Part shown: one piece after another, positions 54,463 through 64,000 of the stretch
How positions within the stretch are numbered: the stretch's first letter is position 1
How the letters are laid out: every line of letters starts with the position of its first letter
Assembly (NCBI GenBank): GCA_965208105.1
Contig: OZ242318.1
Span: forward strand, 3,488,001 to 3,552,000
From: Candidatus Latescibacterota bacterium
GTDB taxonomy: Bacteria > Latescibacterota > UBA2968 > UBA8231
DNA length: 64,000 nucleotides
Reading direction: 5' to 3'
The notes under the pieces: model-generated
What the model was told of the DNA's origin: nothing
Seen by the model: only the letters and a program-made list of their open reading frames with translations
The model's database searches: none
Translations under genes and position numbers: made by a program

Positions 54463-54821
54463 TCCGACAACCTTTCCAGGACGAACTCGCAGATTACGTG
54501 TCGGTCCTGCGAGTGCGCCGCCGGCACCTGCGCCGGAAAGCGGATCACCCTCCACCCGTCGCGGACCGCCTCGGCGACGGTCTTGTAGGGCCAGTCATCG
54601 TAGTCGGCGGGACCGTCGTCGACCTCGCCGCCGCGGACCATGGTAATGCCGATCACCTTCGACTCCACCGAGGTGGTGGCGGTTTGCATGTAGAGCAGGT
54701 CCTGCACCCTGCGCCTTTTGCCCAGGGCAGTCTTCAGGTCCTGGAGGCGCCCCTCGGTGAGGGTGCCGGACCTGAAGGCGTCGATGCATTCCTGCAGCAG
54801 TCTGCCGGCTTCCGATTCCAT
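54459..54821 (-). CDS. Hypothetical protein translationally coupled to the PhyH gene
   Basis: 120-aa ORF, ATGA overlap; WPYKTVAEAVRDGWRVIRFP. Confidence 0.7.
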   Translation of the reverse strand: MESEAGRLLQECIDAFRSGTLTEGRLQDLKTALGKRRRVQDLLYMQTATTSVESKVIGITMVRGGEVDDGPADYDDWPYKTVAEAVRDGWRVIRFPAQVPAAHSQDRHVICEFVLERLSE

Positions 54822-54936
54822 GATTTTCTTGTGGTTGCGCCGGGCGGCCCCGTGCCATGGTGGAGGCCACGGGTGATGGCCCGGTCGCCGGGGCTTATGA
54901 ATTCCTCCCGCCCCTCGCGTGCCTCGGAAAGCCCGG

Positions 54937-55956
54937 TCAGGCCGCCGCGAGTTCGGCGTTGGCCCTGTCCACCATCGCCTTCATGTAGGCAATCGAGTAG
55001 GCCGTTCCGACCCTTTCGTCGCCCGCCATCATGGGAATGTGGTCGGGGATCAGCACGCCGTTGAAGTCCACCTCCCGCAGGGCCTTCATCACCGCGTACA
55101 TGTCCATGTAGCCATTGTCGATGAAGGTCTCGACGAAGTGGGGCAGGGGCTTGTCCACGTTGCGGAAGTGGATCTTGAAGATCTTCCCCAGGTTGCCGAA
55201 GTAGCTGATGGTTTCAAAGATGTCCCGCCCCATGGAATCGCCCCCTTCCAGCCAGCATCCCACGCACAGGCACAGCCCCACGTTGGGGCTGTCGGCGATC
55301 TCCATCGCCCGCCTGTAGCCGTCGAAGCTGCTGAAGATGGGACGCGGAACGCCGCCGATCTTGACCCCGGGCGGATCGTCGGGATGGATGCCGATGCGGA
55401 CTCCCGCCTCCTCGGCCACCGGCGCTACCTCGCGGATGAAGCTGCTGAAGTTCTCCCAGATCTCGTCTTCGGTGTACTCGCGGCCGTGGGTCAGGTCGCC
55501 CCGGTATTTTCCTCTTGCGTCGCTGCCCTCGGCCAGCCTTTGCAGATCGAACGCACGTGCCACCGCGCCTCCCCGGGTGGTCTCGGCGGGTGTGCTCCAC
55601 ACGCTGTTGGCCATGTGGGCGTAGGTGGTGAAGGGGATGCCCGCCGCTCCCAGGTTGCGCAGGTGTTGCTTGTATTCCTCCACCTTCTCGTCGCGGTCGG
55701 GCAGGTTGAGCACGATGGCCTCGGGATTGTGCACGCTGTGGTTGCCCATGACGTAGAGACGGAGTCCGTTTTTCTCGAACTCCTCGCGGCGGCTGCGGTA
55801 GTACTCGGGACTGGCCTTGGCGGCATCGGTCCAGGTGATGGTGTACTCCACCCCCAACTGCCGGTTGAAGGCGAATTCCCCGGGGCTGGGCTCGGCCGAC
55901 ATCTGGGATGCCACCTTGAGGCCGGGGCTGATGTTCATGAGGGAATTGGCGGCCAT
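54937..55956 (-). CDS. uxuA: Mannonate dehydratase (UxuA) family protein
   Basis: PVAEEAGVRIGIHPDDPP, IHFRNV, PDH. Confidence 0.85.
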   Translation of the reverse strand: MAANSLMNISPGLKVASQMSAEPSPGEFAFNRQLGVEYTITWTDAAKASPEYYRSRREEFEKNGLRLYVMGNHSVHNPEAIVLNLPDRDEKVEEYKQHLRNLGAAGIPFTTYAHMANSVWSTPAETTRGGAVARAFDLQRLAEGSDARGKYRGDLTHGREYTEDEIWENFSSFIREVAPVAEEAGVRIGIHPDDPPGVKIGGVPRPIFSSFDGYRRAMEIADSPNVGLCLCVGCWLEGGDSMGRDIFETISYFGNLGKIFKIHFRNVDKPLPHFVETFIDNGYMDMYAVMKALREVDFNGVLIPDHIPMMAGDERVGTAYSIAYMKAMVDRANAELAAA

Positions 55957-56108
55957 TTCTCTCCTCGGTTGGTTGGAAGAATTGATCTCTGCATGACGGA
56001 GGGAAAAGTATAGAGAGTGCCGGGACGGCGATCAAGGCGGGGGCGGGCTGAGCTGCCGGGAGTTGGCGGCCGGCGGCGATGGCGGTCCCTATCCGGGGGA
56101 GAGGAGGC

Positions 56109-57143
56109 TCAACCCGCCACCGCCTTGAAGACGCGCAGGAAGTTGGCTCCGAGGATTTTCCCCGCCGTCTGCGGATCGTGGCCGCGCTCGAGCAGGCCGG
56201 CGGTGAGGTTGGCGGTGGCTCCGATGTCCTTCATGCCGGCGGGGCGGTTTGCGGTCTGGTCCAGGAAGTCGGTCCCGAAGCTCACGTGGTCGGGACCCAC
56301 CAGCTCCACCATGTAGTCGACGTGATCGAGCAGCAGTTCCAGGGAGGGTGTCTCCCGGCCGGGTCCCAGCGGCAGGGGGCTGGGGCACACCACCCCCCCG
56401 GTTGCCGCGACGGCGCGGATCTGCTCGTCGCTCAGGTAGCGCACGGTGTCCTGCAGGGCCCGGGCGTTGCCGTGGGTTGCGACCACCGGCTCCCTTGTGG
56501 TCTCCAGGGCGTCCCAGAAGCTGGCCTCGGCCATGTGGGTGACGTCCACCAGCATGCCCAGGCGGTTCATCTCTCGCACCACCTCCCTTCCCGCGGCAGT
56601 GAGGCCGCCGGGAGGGTCGCTGCCGGGGTCGTAGAGGCGCATGCGCGGTCCGTCCCAGACCTGGGTGGCCGTGCCCATCTGGTTGCGCCCCTCGTGCACC
56701 AGGCCGAGGTGGCGCAGGCCCAGGCGGTACAGGGTCCGCAGCACGCTGAGGTCGCCTTTGAGGGCGTCTCCTCCCTCCAGGCCGAAGATGAAGGCTACCT
56801 TGCCGTTCCTTCGCGCCGCCTCGATATCGCCGGCGCATGTGGCCAGCACCGCATCTTGCCCGGACTCCCCGCTAAGCTGGCGGTGCAGGTAGTCGGCCAT
56901 CTGCAGCAGTCTCTGCAGCGGGCGGCGGCTGCCATGGGGCCCGCCGATGGCGGCGTCGGGGACCCAGCAGGCGGTGAGCTGGGCGGCCACGCCCCCGGCG
57001 CGCATGAGGGGCAGGTCGGTCAGCCCCCCCAGGGGACGGTGCAGGTCCTTCTTCGACTGGAACGCCAGGTCCAGGGTGTGGCCGTGGGCGTCGATGACGG
57101 GTGTCCGGGACTGGATTTTCCGAGCCGGGCCGGTGCAGTTCAT
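56109..57143 (-). CDS. Membrane dipeptidase (M19) family
   Basis: IDAHGH, LEG, MNRLGMLVDVTH, THGN, FGTDF, GANFLRV. Confidence 0.9.
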   Translation of the reverse strand: MNCTGPARKIQSRTPVIDAHGHTLDLAFQSKKDLHRPLGGLTDLPLMRAGGVAAQLTACWVPDAAIGGPHGSRRPLQRLLQMADYLHRQLSGESGQDAVLATCAGDIEAARRNGKVAFIFGLEGGDALKGDLSVLRTLYRLGLRHLGLVHEGRNQMGTATQVWDGPRMRLYDPGSDPPGGLTAAGREVVREMNRLGMLVDVTHMAEASFWDALETTREPVVATHGNARALQDTVRYLSDEQIRAVAATGGVVCPSPLPLGPGRETPSLELLLDHVDYMVELVGPDHVSFGTDFLDQTANRPAGMKDIGATANLTAGLLERGHDPQTAGKILGANFLRVFKAVAG

Positions 57144-57247
57144 GTGCGGAGACCTCCCCAGGTTGTATGGTCGCTACGGTGACAATATATTGATCCATAA
57201 AGAGTTCTGCGCAACCGGAAACCGATTCTTGAACAAAAGGTGGAGGA

Positions 57248-58600
57248 ATGAAATCGCGGAGAAGAAATGGAGTGCGCAAGGTTGGGCTGAGCGATGTGAG
57301 ACATATCCAGGTCCATCGCGACGAGAATCTCTACATGTTCGCTCCCAACAGGGGAGGCCTGTGGAATTTCGGCGACGGCGAGATAGCCATTGCCTATCTG
57401 GCCGTGCCCATGGACTACGGCAGGGAGCTGCCCAGCGGGTTCAATCGCCACAGCGGCGGTCCGCGTTCCATCCGGGGAGCGCACCCCAAGTGGGGAAGCG
57501 AGGCCGGGGCCATGATCAGCCGCTCCCTGGACGGCGGGGAGACCTGGCCTGAAGAGGAACGCCAGTGGATCTGGAACAATGACCGCACCCTCGAGGAGAC
57601 CCTCGACTGGCTGCGCCCCCGGGACCCCGCCGGGCGCGAGGAGATCGACCTGGGCGATCCGGACTCCATCATCCACTTCTGCCACTCGGAGTACATCAAG
57701 TTTCCCATCGGCGGCGGCATGAATTCCGTCGATCCCGCCGACAACTTCCACCTCGGCAGGCTGAAGCACCTTCCTTCCTTCTGCCTGCGCAGCCGGGACC
57801 GGGGCCGGACCTGGGAGAGCCACGCGACCTTGATCGACGCCCCCAACTGGGCCCCAGGCGGCGGCTACCTGTCCGTCAACCTGGGGCACGTGCGCTTCGA
57901 CAACGGGGTGCTGGGCATAGTCGGCGGCATCTATCGCAGGAACATCTGCGCCTACTATGTCAGCTACAACAACGGCCTGAGCTGGGAGTACGTCAGCAAC
58001 GTCGCCATGGTCAGCGAACATATCACCCCTCTCGACGGAGACATGCTGGCCGGCTTCAACTACTCGGGGGTCCACCACCTGCCGGATGGACGGCTGATGT
58101 GCTCCATGCTGCACCACAGTGGAGCGACGCCGGCGTTCGAGATCCCCTGTGTCGCCTTCTCCGAGGACGACGGCATGACCTGGTCGCCGCAGCGCTACGT
58201 GACCACCCCCGGGACCTTCTGCGGGCCGGTGAGCGGTCCCCCGCCGGACACGGCGCCGCGCAACGAGGAAGGCATAAAGGACAACTCGCGCCAGCGCTGC
58301 CCCAACGCCCTGGTTACCCGGGACGGCCGCATCATCGTCACCTTCGCCAGGAGGACCAGCAACAGGGGATGCCGCGGAATCGTGGGGGTGGTGAGCGACG
58401 ACCTGGGCGAGACCTGGAGCGAGGAGTTCGTGATCCGCGGCGACGCCTACTGCTGGGACCTGGGCTACCAGGTCCTCACCGAGCTGCCCGACGGCAGGAT
58501 CTTCACCGCCTACTGGTGGACGAGCAACGACACCGGCAAGCCCATACCCGAACCTCAGCTGGTGCGCTATATCGCCGGGACCTTCTTCCGGATCGACTGA
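57248..58600 (+). CDS. BNR/Asp-box sialidase-fold protein
   Basis: Repeated Asp-boxes SLDGGETW, SRDRGRTW, SYNNGLSW, SEDDGMTW, SDDLGETW. Confidence 0.85.
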   Translation: MKSRRRNGVRKVGLSDVRHIQVHRDENLYMFAPNRGGLWNFGDGEIAIAYLAVPMDYGRELPSGFNRHSGGPRSIRGAHPKWGSEAGAMISRSLDGGETWPEEERQWIWNNDRTLEETLDWLRPRDPAGREEIDLGDPDSIIHFCHSEYIKFPIGGGMNSVDPADNFHLGRLKHLPSFCLRSRDRGRTWESHATLIDAPNWAPGGGYLSVNLGHVRFDNGVLGIVGGIYRRNICAYYVSYNNGLSWEYVSNVAMVSEHITPLDGDMLAGFNYSGVHHLPDGRLMCSMLHHSGATPAFEIPCVAFSEDDGMTWSPQRYVTTPGTFCGPVSGPPPDTAPRNEEGIKDNSRQRCPNALVTRDGRIIVTFARRTSNRGCRGIVGVVSDDLGETWSEEFVIRGDAYCWDLGYQVLTELPDGRIFTAYWWTSNDTGKPIPEPQLVRYIAGTFFRID

Positions 58601-58647
58601 TGCGTCTCCCGGCTCCAGGGGCGGGCGGGGACTGCCCGAACGGGCTG

Positions 58648-59508
58648 TCAGGAGTGGATGGGACCGTCGCCGGCCACGGTGGTGCGGTGCATGACGCGGG
58701 GGTGGACTCTCCTGTCCCATGGGCGGCCCCGGTGCAGGCAGCAGCGGTTGTCCCAGACCACCAGATCGTGGGCGCGCCACTGGTGGCGGTAGACGAACCG
58801 CGGCTGGGTCGACCATTCCAGCAGTTCCTGCAGCAGGGCCCGGCCCTTTTCGAGGGGCCAGCCGATGATGCGCGTGGCATAGGATCCGACGAGGAGGGCC
58901 CGGGCCCCGGTCTCGGGAATGGTGCGCACCAGCACATGCTCCACCGGGGGCACCTCCTCGAGAAATGCATCGTCGACCAGGTTGGGAGCGATTTGCGCCC
59001 GCGATTTGGCGAAGCTGTGCTCGGCGACCAGTCCCTCCAGGCCCGCTCTCCTATCGGCGGGCAGGGCTGCGTAGGCGGCGCAGAGGCTGGCGTACTCGGT
59101 CTCGCCCCCCTCGGGCGGCACCACCTTGGCGGAGAGCAGGGATGCCCGCAGGGGTACGCGCCTGAAGGCCCCGTCGGAGTGCCAGAGCTCGTTGCCACTC
59201 TGGTAGAGCATGCGGGTGTCCCGAGGCGGGATGAGGGCGCCGTGCTCGTCGAGATTGGTGATGATCCCGACCGGCCCCCCGTCGCCGATGGGGTCGTTGG
59301 GAATGGTCAACTCGATGGGCCCGAATCCCCGGGTGAAGGAGACGTGCTGCTCGTCGGTGAGGTCCTGGCCGGGGAAGACGAGAACCGAGTTATCGTAAAG
59401 GGCGGAGCGCAGTTGAGCGAAGATGGATGCGTCGACGGGCGCGGTGATATCGACTCCCTCGACCTCGGCGCCTATGTGTTCCTCCAGCTTGTGAATTGCC
59501 AGGGCCAT
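58648..59508 (-). CDS. TauD/TfdA family Fe/2OG dioxygenase
   Basis: WHSD, GGET.YAS, VWDNR..LHRG, MHRTT. Confidence 0.92.
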   Translation of the reverse strand: MALAIHKLEEHIGAEVEGVDITAPVDASIFAQLRSALYDNSVLVFPGQDLTDEQHVSFTRGFGPIELTIPNDPIGDGGPVGIITNLDEHGALIPPRDTRMLYQSGNELWHSDGAFRRVPLRASLLSAKVVPPEGGETEYASLCAAYAALPADRRAGLEGLVAEHSFAKSRAQIAPNLVDDAFLEEVPPVEHVLVRTIPETGARALLVGSYATRIIGWPLEKGRALLQELLEWSTQPRFVYRHQWRAHDLVVWDNRCCLHRGRPWDRRVHPRVMHRTTVAGDGPIHS

Positions 59509-59726
59509 CCCGGTATCCTCCTCGATCCGGCGTCTGCCGCCGGATTGCTACAATTGTATGAATTCTCGTTGGCCTGGCAAGATTTCCATCCGCCTTGCCG
59601 CCCGATGGAGCTGATGGGCGAAGGTGGGAGGAGGCATGATTCCGCCGCCAGGGGGCGCTCCCTGCGCAAAAGGACCGCCCCTGCTCTCCGCGGTCGATTT
59701 CCCCGCGTTTCCAGGAAGGAAGACCC

Positions 59727-60536
59727 ATGACCCTTACCTCCCGGCAGAAGAGACACTTTCGCGACCACGGCTACGTGGCCGTTCCCGATTTCTTCAGTGA
59801 CCGCGAAATAGCGGCGCTGCGGGCCGAGATCGAGCGCTTCAAACGCGAGGGACTCCTGCGCAACGTGGCCACCGACGGGGACGGGGAGACCCCTTCGGAG
59901 AGCAAGGCCAACCTGCAGCTCATCCCGCTCAACGACAAGAGCGCCCTGATCCGCGCCCTGCCCTTCGAGCCCCGGGTCGTGGAGGCGGTCGGACAGCTGA
60001 TCGGCGATCCGTTCCTGCTCCACCTGGACCAGATGTTCCTCAAGCCTGCAAGGCACGGGATGGGCACCGACTGGCACCAGGACAACGCCTACTTCAAGAT
60101 CGGCGATCCCATGATGGGCACGGCCATGTGGGTTGCCGTCCACGACGCCGACCAGGCCAACGGAACCCTGCGGGTCATCCACGACAGCTTCACGGAAGAG
60201 TACGAGCACAGCCGCGACCCAGACAGCGACCACCACATCCACTGCTTCCCTCCCGAGGAGCGCGCTGTCGCCCTCGAGATGGAGGCCGGCGGAGTGGTGT
60301 TCTTCTGCTACGGCACGGCGCACAGCACCGGACCCAACACCACGGACCGCGAGCGCGCCGGCATCGCCTTTCACTTCCTGCGCACTGCATGCGTGGATTC
60401 GGCCAACCTGATCAGGTCCGAGCGCAGCTATCCCTGCCTGAGCGGGTCCGATGCCACGGGCGGAAGGAAAGAGTACGGGGTGCAGGTGGCGGGTACCTGG
60501 GAAAGAGAAGTGGAGCGCGCCCTGGGGGAGGAATGA
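59727..60536 (+). CDS. PhyH family dioxygenase
   Basis: FLKP, WHQDN, NGTL, HSTGPN..R. Confidence 0.9.
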   Translation: MTLTSRQKRHFRDHGYVAVPDFFSDREIAALRAEIERFKREGLLRNVATDGDGETPSESKANLQLIPLNDKSALIRALPFEPRVVEAVGQLIGDPFLLHLDQMFLKPARHGMGTDWHQDNAYFKIGDPMMGTAMWVAVHDADQANGTLRVIHDSFTEEYEHSRDPDSDHHIHCFPPEERAVALEMEAGGVVFFCYGTAHSTGPNTTDRERAGIAFHFLRTACVDSANLIRSERSYPCLSGSDATGGRKEYGVQVAGTWEREVERALGEE

Positions 60537-60713
60537 AGGCCGGGAAGGAGGGGTTCGGGTCGGCGGCGGGAGGAATCTTCCGGATGGGGCCGGGTTCCTG
60601 GGAGGAATGTTCCCCGCCCCAGGGAGGATGGTTGGCTGCAGAGATGAAGCCGGAGCCCAGGGCGGTATGCTGTCCGCCCCCGGGAGGAGGGTCGGCGGCG
60701 GATGTGCGGCGCC

Positions 60714-61478
60714 TCAATAGGGCAGGATGTTCCGCGGCTGGTACTGATAGGCCCCCATCAGTTGCCTGACCGTTTCCGACGGGTCCTCGATCTCGGCGAG
60801 CTGCCCCCGCATGTCCTCCTGGGTGGTGAAGCAGGGCCGGATGTACATCCCCAGCAGACAGGAGCGCTGCCTGCCCGTGGTGTTCGGGCGGGCGGTGTGC
60901 CAGTAGGCTCCGTGGGCGACCACCACACTGCCGCGGGTACCCGTGACTATCTCGCCGTCGGCGCGCCATTCCTCCTTGTCGGGCGGGGGGTGCAGCTTGC
61001 GATGCGAGTAGGGGGCTATGGCGGTGGCACCGTTTTCCACCGTGAAGTCGTCGAGCATCCAGATGGTCTGCCCGGTGAAGTTTCCCGACGGCCACGGCGG
61101 CTGCAGCCTGTGGTAGGGAAAGTCGGAGTGCCAGCCGTGCTTGTCGTGGCCCGGCAATATGGTGTTGGCGGTCCAGGTCGAGCAGATCACGTCCTCGCCC
61201 AGATACCGGCGCCAGACCGCCAGGACCAGGGGATGGCACATGAGCTCGAGGAAGAGCGGGTGCTTCACCGCGATGCGGCCGACGCGCTGGGACCTGTTGC
61301 GCTCGGCGTCCTCGTTGCGCTCGGCTTCGAGGAACTTCTCCAGGATGGCCCGGGCCCGGTCGGCCTCTTCGGTCGGGATCACCCCCTCGATGGCGCAGTA
61401 GCCGCGCTCGTCCATCTCGGCGATGATGGCCTCGAGGTCGCGGCCGGCCGCCTTCTCCCCTTGTAGCGCGACGCTCAT
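60714..61478 (-). CDS. PhyH family dioxygenase
   Basis: WHSD, DFTVENGAT..PYSH, WHTARPN..R. Confidence 0.9.
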   Translation of the reverse strand: MSVALQGEKAAGRDLEAIIAEMDERGYCAIEGVIPTEEADRARAILEKFLEAERNEDAERNRSQRVGRIAVKHPLFLELMCHPLVLAVWRRYLGEDVICSTWTANTILPGHDKHGWHSDFPYHRLQPPWPSGNFTGQTIWMLDDFTVENGATAIAPYSHRKLHPPPDKEEWRADGEIVTGTRGSVVVAHGAYWHTARPNTTGRQRSCLLGMYIRPCFTTQEDMRGQLAEIEDPSETVRQLMGAYQYQPRNILPY

Positions 61479-61502
61479 TGCTGCCTGCCGTTCACGGGCG
61501 TC

Positions 61503-62627
61503 TCAATAGTAGTAGGTGAAGTGGAGGTCCACCCGGTTGGCGGTGCCGGCATCCAGGCCCTTGTACTCGGTCTTCCAGTTGATATACTCGAGCCCGGCCT
61601 GAAATTTCTTCCACGGCCGGTAGTGTCCAACCAGGTACAGGGCCTGGTTCCTCGTGCGTCCTCCCTCGGGCACGTCGTCCCCGTCGGGGGCGTCGATCAT
61701 CGCCCCGGCGAACAGCTTCCACCCGTCGGCGGGTCTGACCGCGAGGTGGGCCCAACCGCCGCTGGAGGAGATCTCCTCGCCGGTCTCCAGGTTGATTCCC
61801 TGGCCGATGCCGCCGCGTATATCGCTGAGGTTGCTGCCGCTCCATCCTTCTCCTTCGATGGTCAACCGGGAGCCCAGGGAAACCGAGGCGTCCACGCCCA
61901 CCACGGAGGAGGTGAAGCTCGAGTCACCACCCACCGGGGAGGCCGTCTCCTCCGCCCCACGGTGGAGCCAGGCTCCGGCCTTGATCTTTTTCAGGGCAAG
62001 TCCCACCCGCGCCTGCACGAAGGGCTGCATGGCGTCGGAGCCGTCAAGGACGCCGTTGCCGTCCAGGTCCTTGCGGTCCACCGCCCCGGTCTGGCCGAGA
62101 GCCAGCGCCGCGTTGAGATGGCCGCCGGCGGGTTTGTAGGTCAGGCGGGCCTGGGGATGGCGGTCCCCCAGGTTGCCCGTGTTCCACATCAGGCCGTCTA
62201 TGTTGGCCGCCGGGTAGAGCGGCGAGATCAGGTCCCAGGTCTGGCCGGCGAGAAAGTGGAAGGCGCCCATGCGCAGGTTGAAATAGGCGTGGCGGATGCG
62301 CAGGATCTGCCGCGACTCGCTGCCCCCGTTCTGGAAGTCGGTTTCGATGACCCCGTGCAGGCTGCGGTCGCTTCCCAGGTCGACGGGCTTGAATTTCACC
62401 CCCATCCGGGTGAGTCGCGGATGCATCCCGAAATGGCCGTCGTTCTCCTTTCCCTTCGAGGGGTCCTCGGAGAGCACCCAGTTGGGAAACTGATGGTGCG
62501 ACAGCCTGGAGTCGTCGAGAATGGCGTCGAAGCGGATGAAGCCGTAGAACCGGGTCTCGCCGGAGGCGGCCGTGCCCGCGCTCAAGAGGACAAGCAGCAG
62601 AGCGAAAGGAAGCCGTTTGGTTTGCAT
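61503..62627 (-). CDS. Outer-membrane porin, DcaP-like
   Basis: Signal peptide; FYGFIRFD, IETDF, LRIRHAY, AGQTW; aromatic C-terminus. Confidence 0.7.
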   Translation of the reverse strand: MQTKRLPFALLLVLLSAGTAASGETRFYGFIRFDAILDDSRLSHHQFPNWVLSEDPSKGKENDGHFGMHPRLTRMGVKFKPVDLGSDRSLHGVIETDFQNGGSESRQILRIRHAYFNLRMGAFHFLAGQTWDLISPLYPAANIDGLMWNTGNLGDRHPQARLTYKPAGGHLNAALALGQTGAVDRKDLDGNGVLDGSDAMQPFVQARVGLALKKIKAGAWLHRGAEETASPVGGDSSFTSSVVGVDASVSLGSRLTIEGEGWSGSNLSDIRGGIGQGINLETGEEISSSGGWAHLAVRPADGWKLFAGAMIDAPDGDDVPEGGRTRNQALYLVGHYRPWKKFQAGLEYINWKTEYKGLDAGTANRVDLHFTYYY

Positions 62628-62953
62628 TTCTTTTTTTCCTGTGATTTAACTCGAGATCGGTGCCGCGCAGGTGCAACCCTCGAGTTTCCTGGCGCGCTTC
62701 CCGAGGGTGGCCGGGGGCCGACTGCGGCGGCGCGGCGCCGGGAACGAGGGAGAGTTGGGAGTATATGGCGCACACCCCTGACTGTCAAGACGGACGGGGG
62801 GAGAGAATCATGGGCGGGAAGCATGGCCGGGGAGGGGGCGGAATGAGCTGATCGCGCTCTTGCGGCGATGGGACAGGCGCTTAAATTGCACCGGGCTGGA
62901 CCGGCGGTCCCGGCCGGGATTCGTTCGTCCGGGAAGAGAGGAGCAGGGCAGCA

Positions 62954-64000
62954 ATGGAATCCAATGGCTACGATCACATAATCGTCGGCTCGGGGGCCGG
63001 CGGCGGGGTGCTGGCCGCCCGCCTCAGCGAAGACCCGGTCCGCTCGGTGTTGCTGCTGGAGGCGGGACCGGACTTCGCCCACCGCGACCAGCTTCCCGAA
63101 GAGATCAAGTACGCCTATGGCCGCGACCAGAACATCTGGGCCCGCGCCTTCGGCTACTCGACCCGGTACGGCTGGGACTTCCGCGCCCGCGGCACCGACC
63201 TCGCCCCCGAAATTTTCATTCCCAGGGGCAGGATCATCGGTGGGTCCACCTCGGTCAATGCCCAGATATTCCTGCGCGGGGTTCCCGAGGACTTCGACGC
63301 CTGGGCGGCGGCAGGCAACGATCAGTGGAGCTTCGAGCGCCTGCTTCCCTACTTCTGCAAGATCGAGACCGACCTCGACTACGGCCATGCCCCCTACCAC
63401 GGCAGCGACGGCCCCATTCGCGCCCGCCGCTTCAAGCCGCACGAGTGGCTCCCCGAGCAGAGCGCCTTCTACCACGCCGCCCGCGCCGCCGGCTATCCCG
63501 ACTGCCCCGACCACAACGAGCCCTCCTCCACCGGGGTCGGCCACCTTGCCCTCAACAATCCCGACGGCATTCGCTGGAGCACCGCCATCGGCTACCTGGA
63601 ACCGGCGCGGCGGCGGCCCAACCTGAAGATCGAGGGGGACTGCCTGGTCCGCCGGGTGCTCTTCTCCGGCCGGCGCGCCACCGGGGTGGAGCTGGAGCAG
63701 GGGGGTGAGACCCGCCAAATCGACGGTGCCGAGATCATCCTCAGCGGCGGTTCCATCGGCTCGCCCCACATCCTGCTGCACTCGGGGGTGGGCCCGGCGG
63801 CCCACCTCGAGGATATGGGGATCCCGGTGGTCCACGACCTTCCGGGCGTGGGGCGGAACCTGCGCGACCATGGCCAGGTGCCGGTGACCCTGAAGACCCG
63901 GGAAGGGGTGCATCTCAGCGGTCTCGACCCCCGGCTGCAGGTCGGCCTGCGCTACACCGCCGCCGGTTCGGACCTGCGCAACGACATGTTCATCCTTCCC
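62954..64000 (+). CDS. GMC family oxidoreductase (3' truncated by window; not in ORF track)
   Basis: MESNGYDHIIVGSGAGGGVLAARLSEDP..LLEAG, GGSTSVN, SGVG, GVGRNLRDH. Confidence 0.9.
   Translation, partial: MESNGYDHIIVGSGAGGGVLAARLSEDPVRSVLLLEAGPDFAHRDQLPEEIKYAYGRDQNIWARAFGYSTRYGWDFRARGTDLAPEIFIPRGRIIGGSTSVNAQIFLRGVPEDFDAWAAAGNDQWSFERLLPYFCKIETDLDYGHAPYHGSDGPIRARRFKPHEWLPEQSAFYHAARAAGYPDCPDHNEPSSTGVGHLALNNPDGIRWSTAIGYLEPARRRPNLKIEGDCLVRRVLFSGRRATGVELEQGGETRQIDGAEIILSGGSIGSPHILLHSGVGPAAHLEDMGIPVVHDLPGVGRNLRDHGQVPVTLKTREGVHLSGLDPRLQVGLRYTAAGSDLRNDMFILP

Overview
This is a high-GC bacterial window. Its gene content (seven PhyH-family dioxygenases, a TauD, a FlgD/T9SS-type C-terminal domain, a 'SWGxxK' C-terminal motif) suggests the FCB-adjacent Latescibacterota/Poribacteria/Gemmatimonadota group, though that assignment is inference. 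The flanks (1-20 kb and 40.6-64 kb) hold metabolic, transport and toxin-antitoxin genes. The centre (about 20.2-40.0 kb) is a dense anti-phage defence island containing a DUF262/HNH GmrSD-like nuclease, a complete Pycsar pair (cNMP-TIR effector plus PycC cyclase) and a type I R-M operon (hsdM-hsdS-hsdR-M48 peptidase). Both internal junctions of that operon are opened by cargo: a Dsr1-like sirtuin between hsdM and hsdS, and small ORFs plus TA modules between hsdS and hsdR. Each cargo block is bracketed by a diverged duplicate of the hsd gene junction. hsdS is split by one in-frame TAG, and several TA loci have lost their toxins. An uncharacterised lower-GC three-gene operon with a putative Cys-His (papain-like) enzyme closes the island. 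No rRNA, tRNA, CRISPR array, integrase or intact transposase was recognised. All family calls come from motif recognition by eye; no database search was run.
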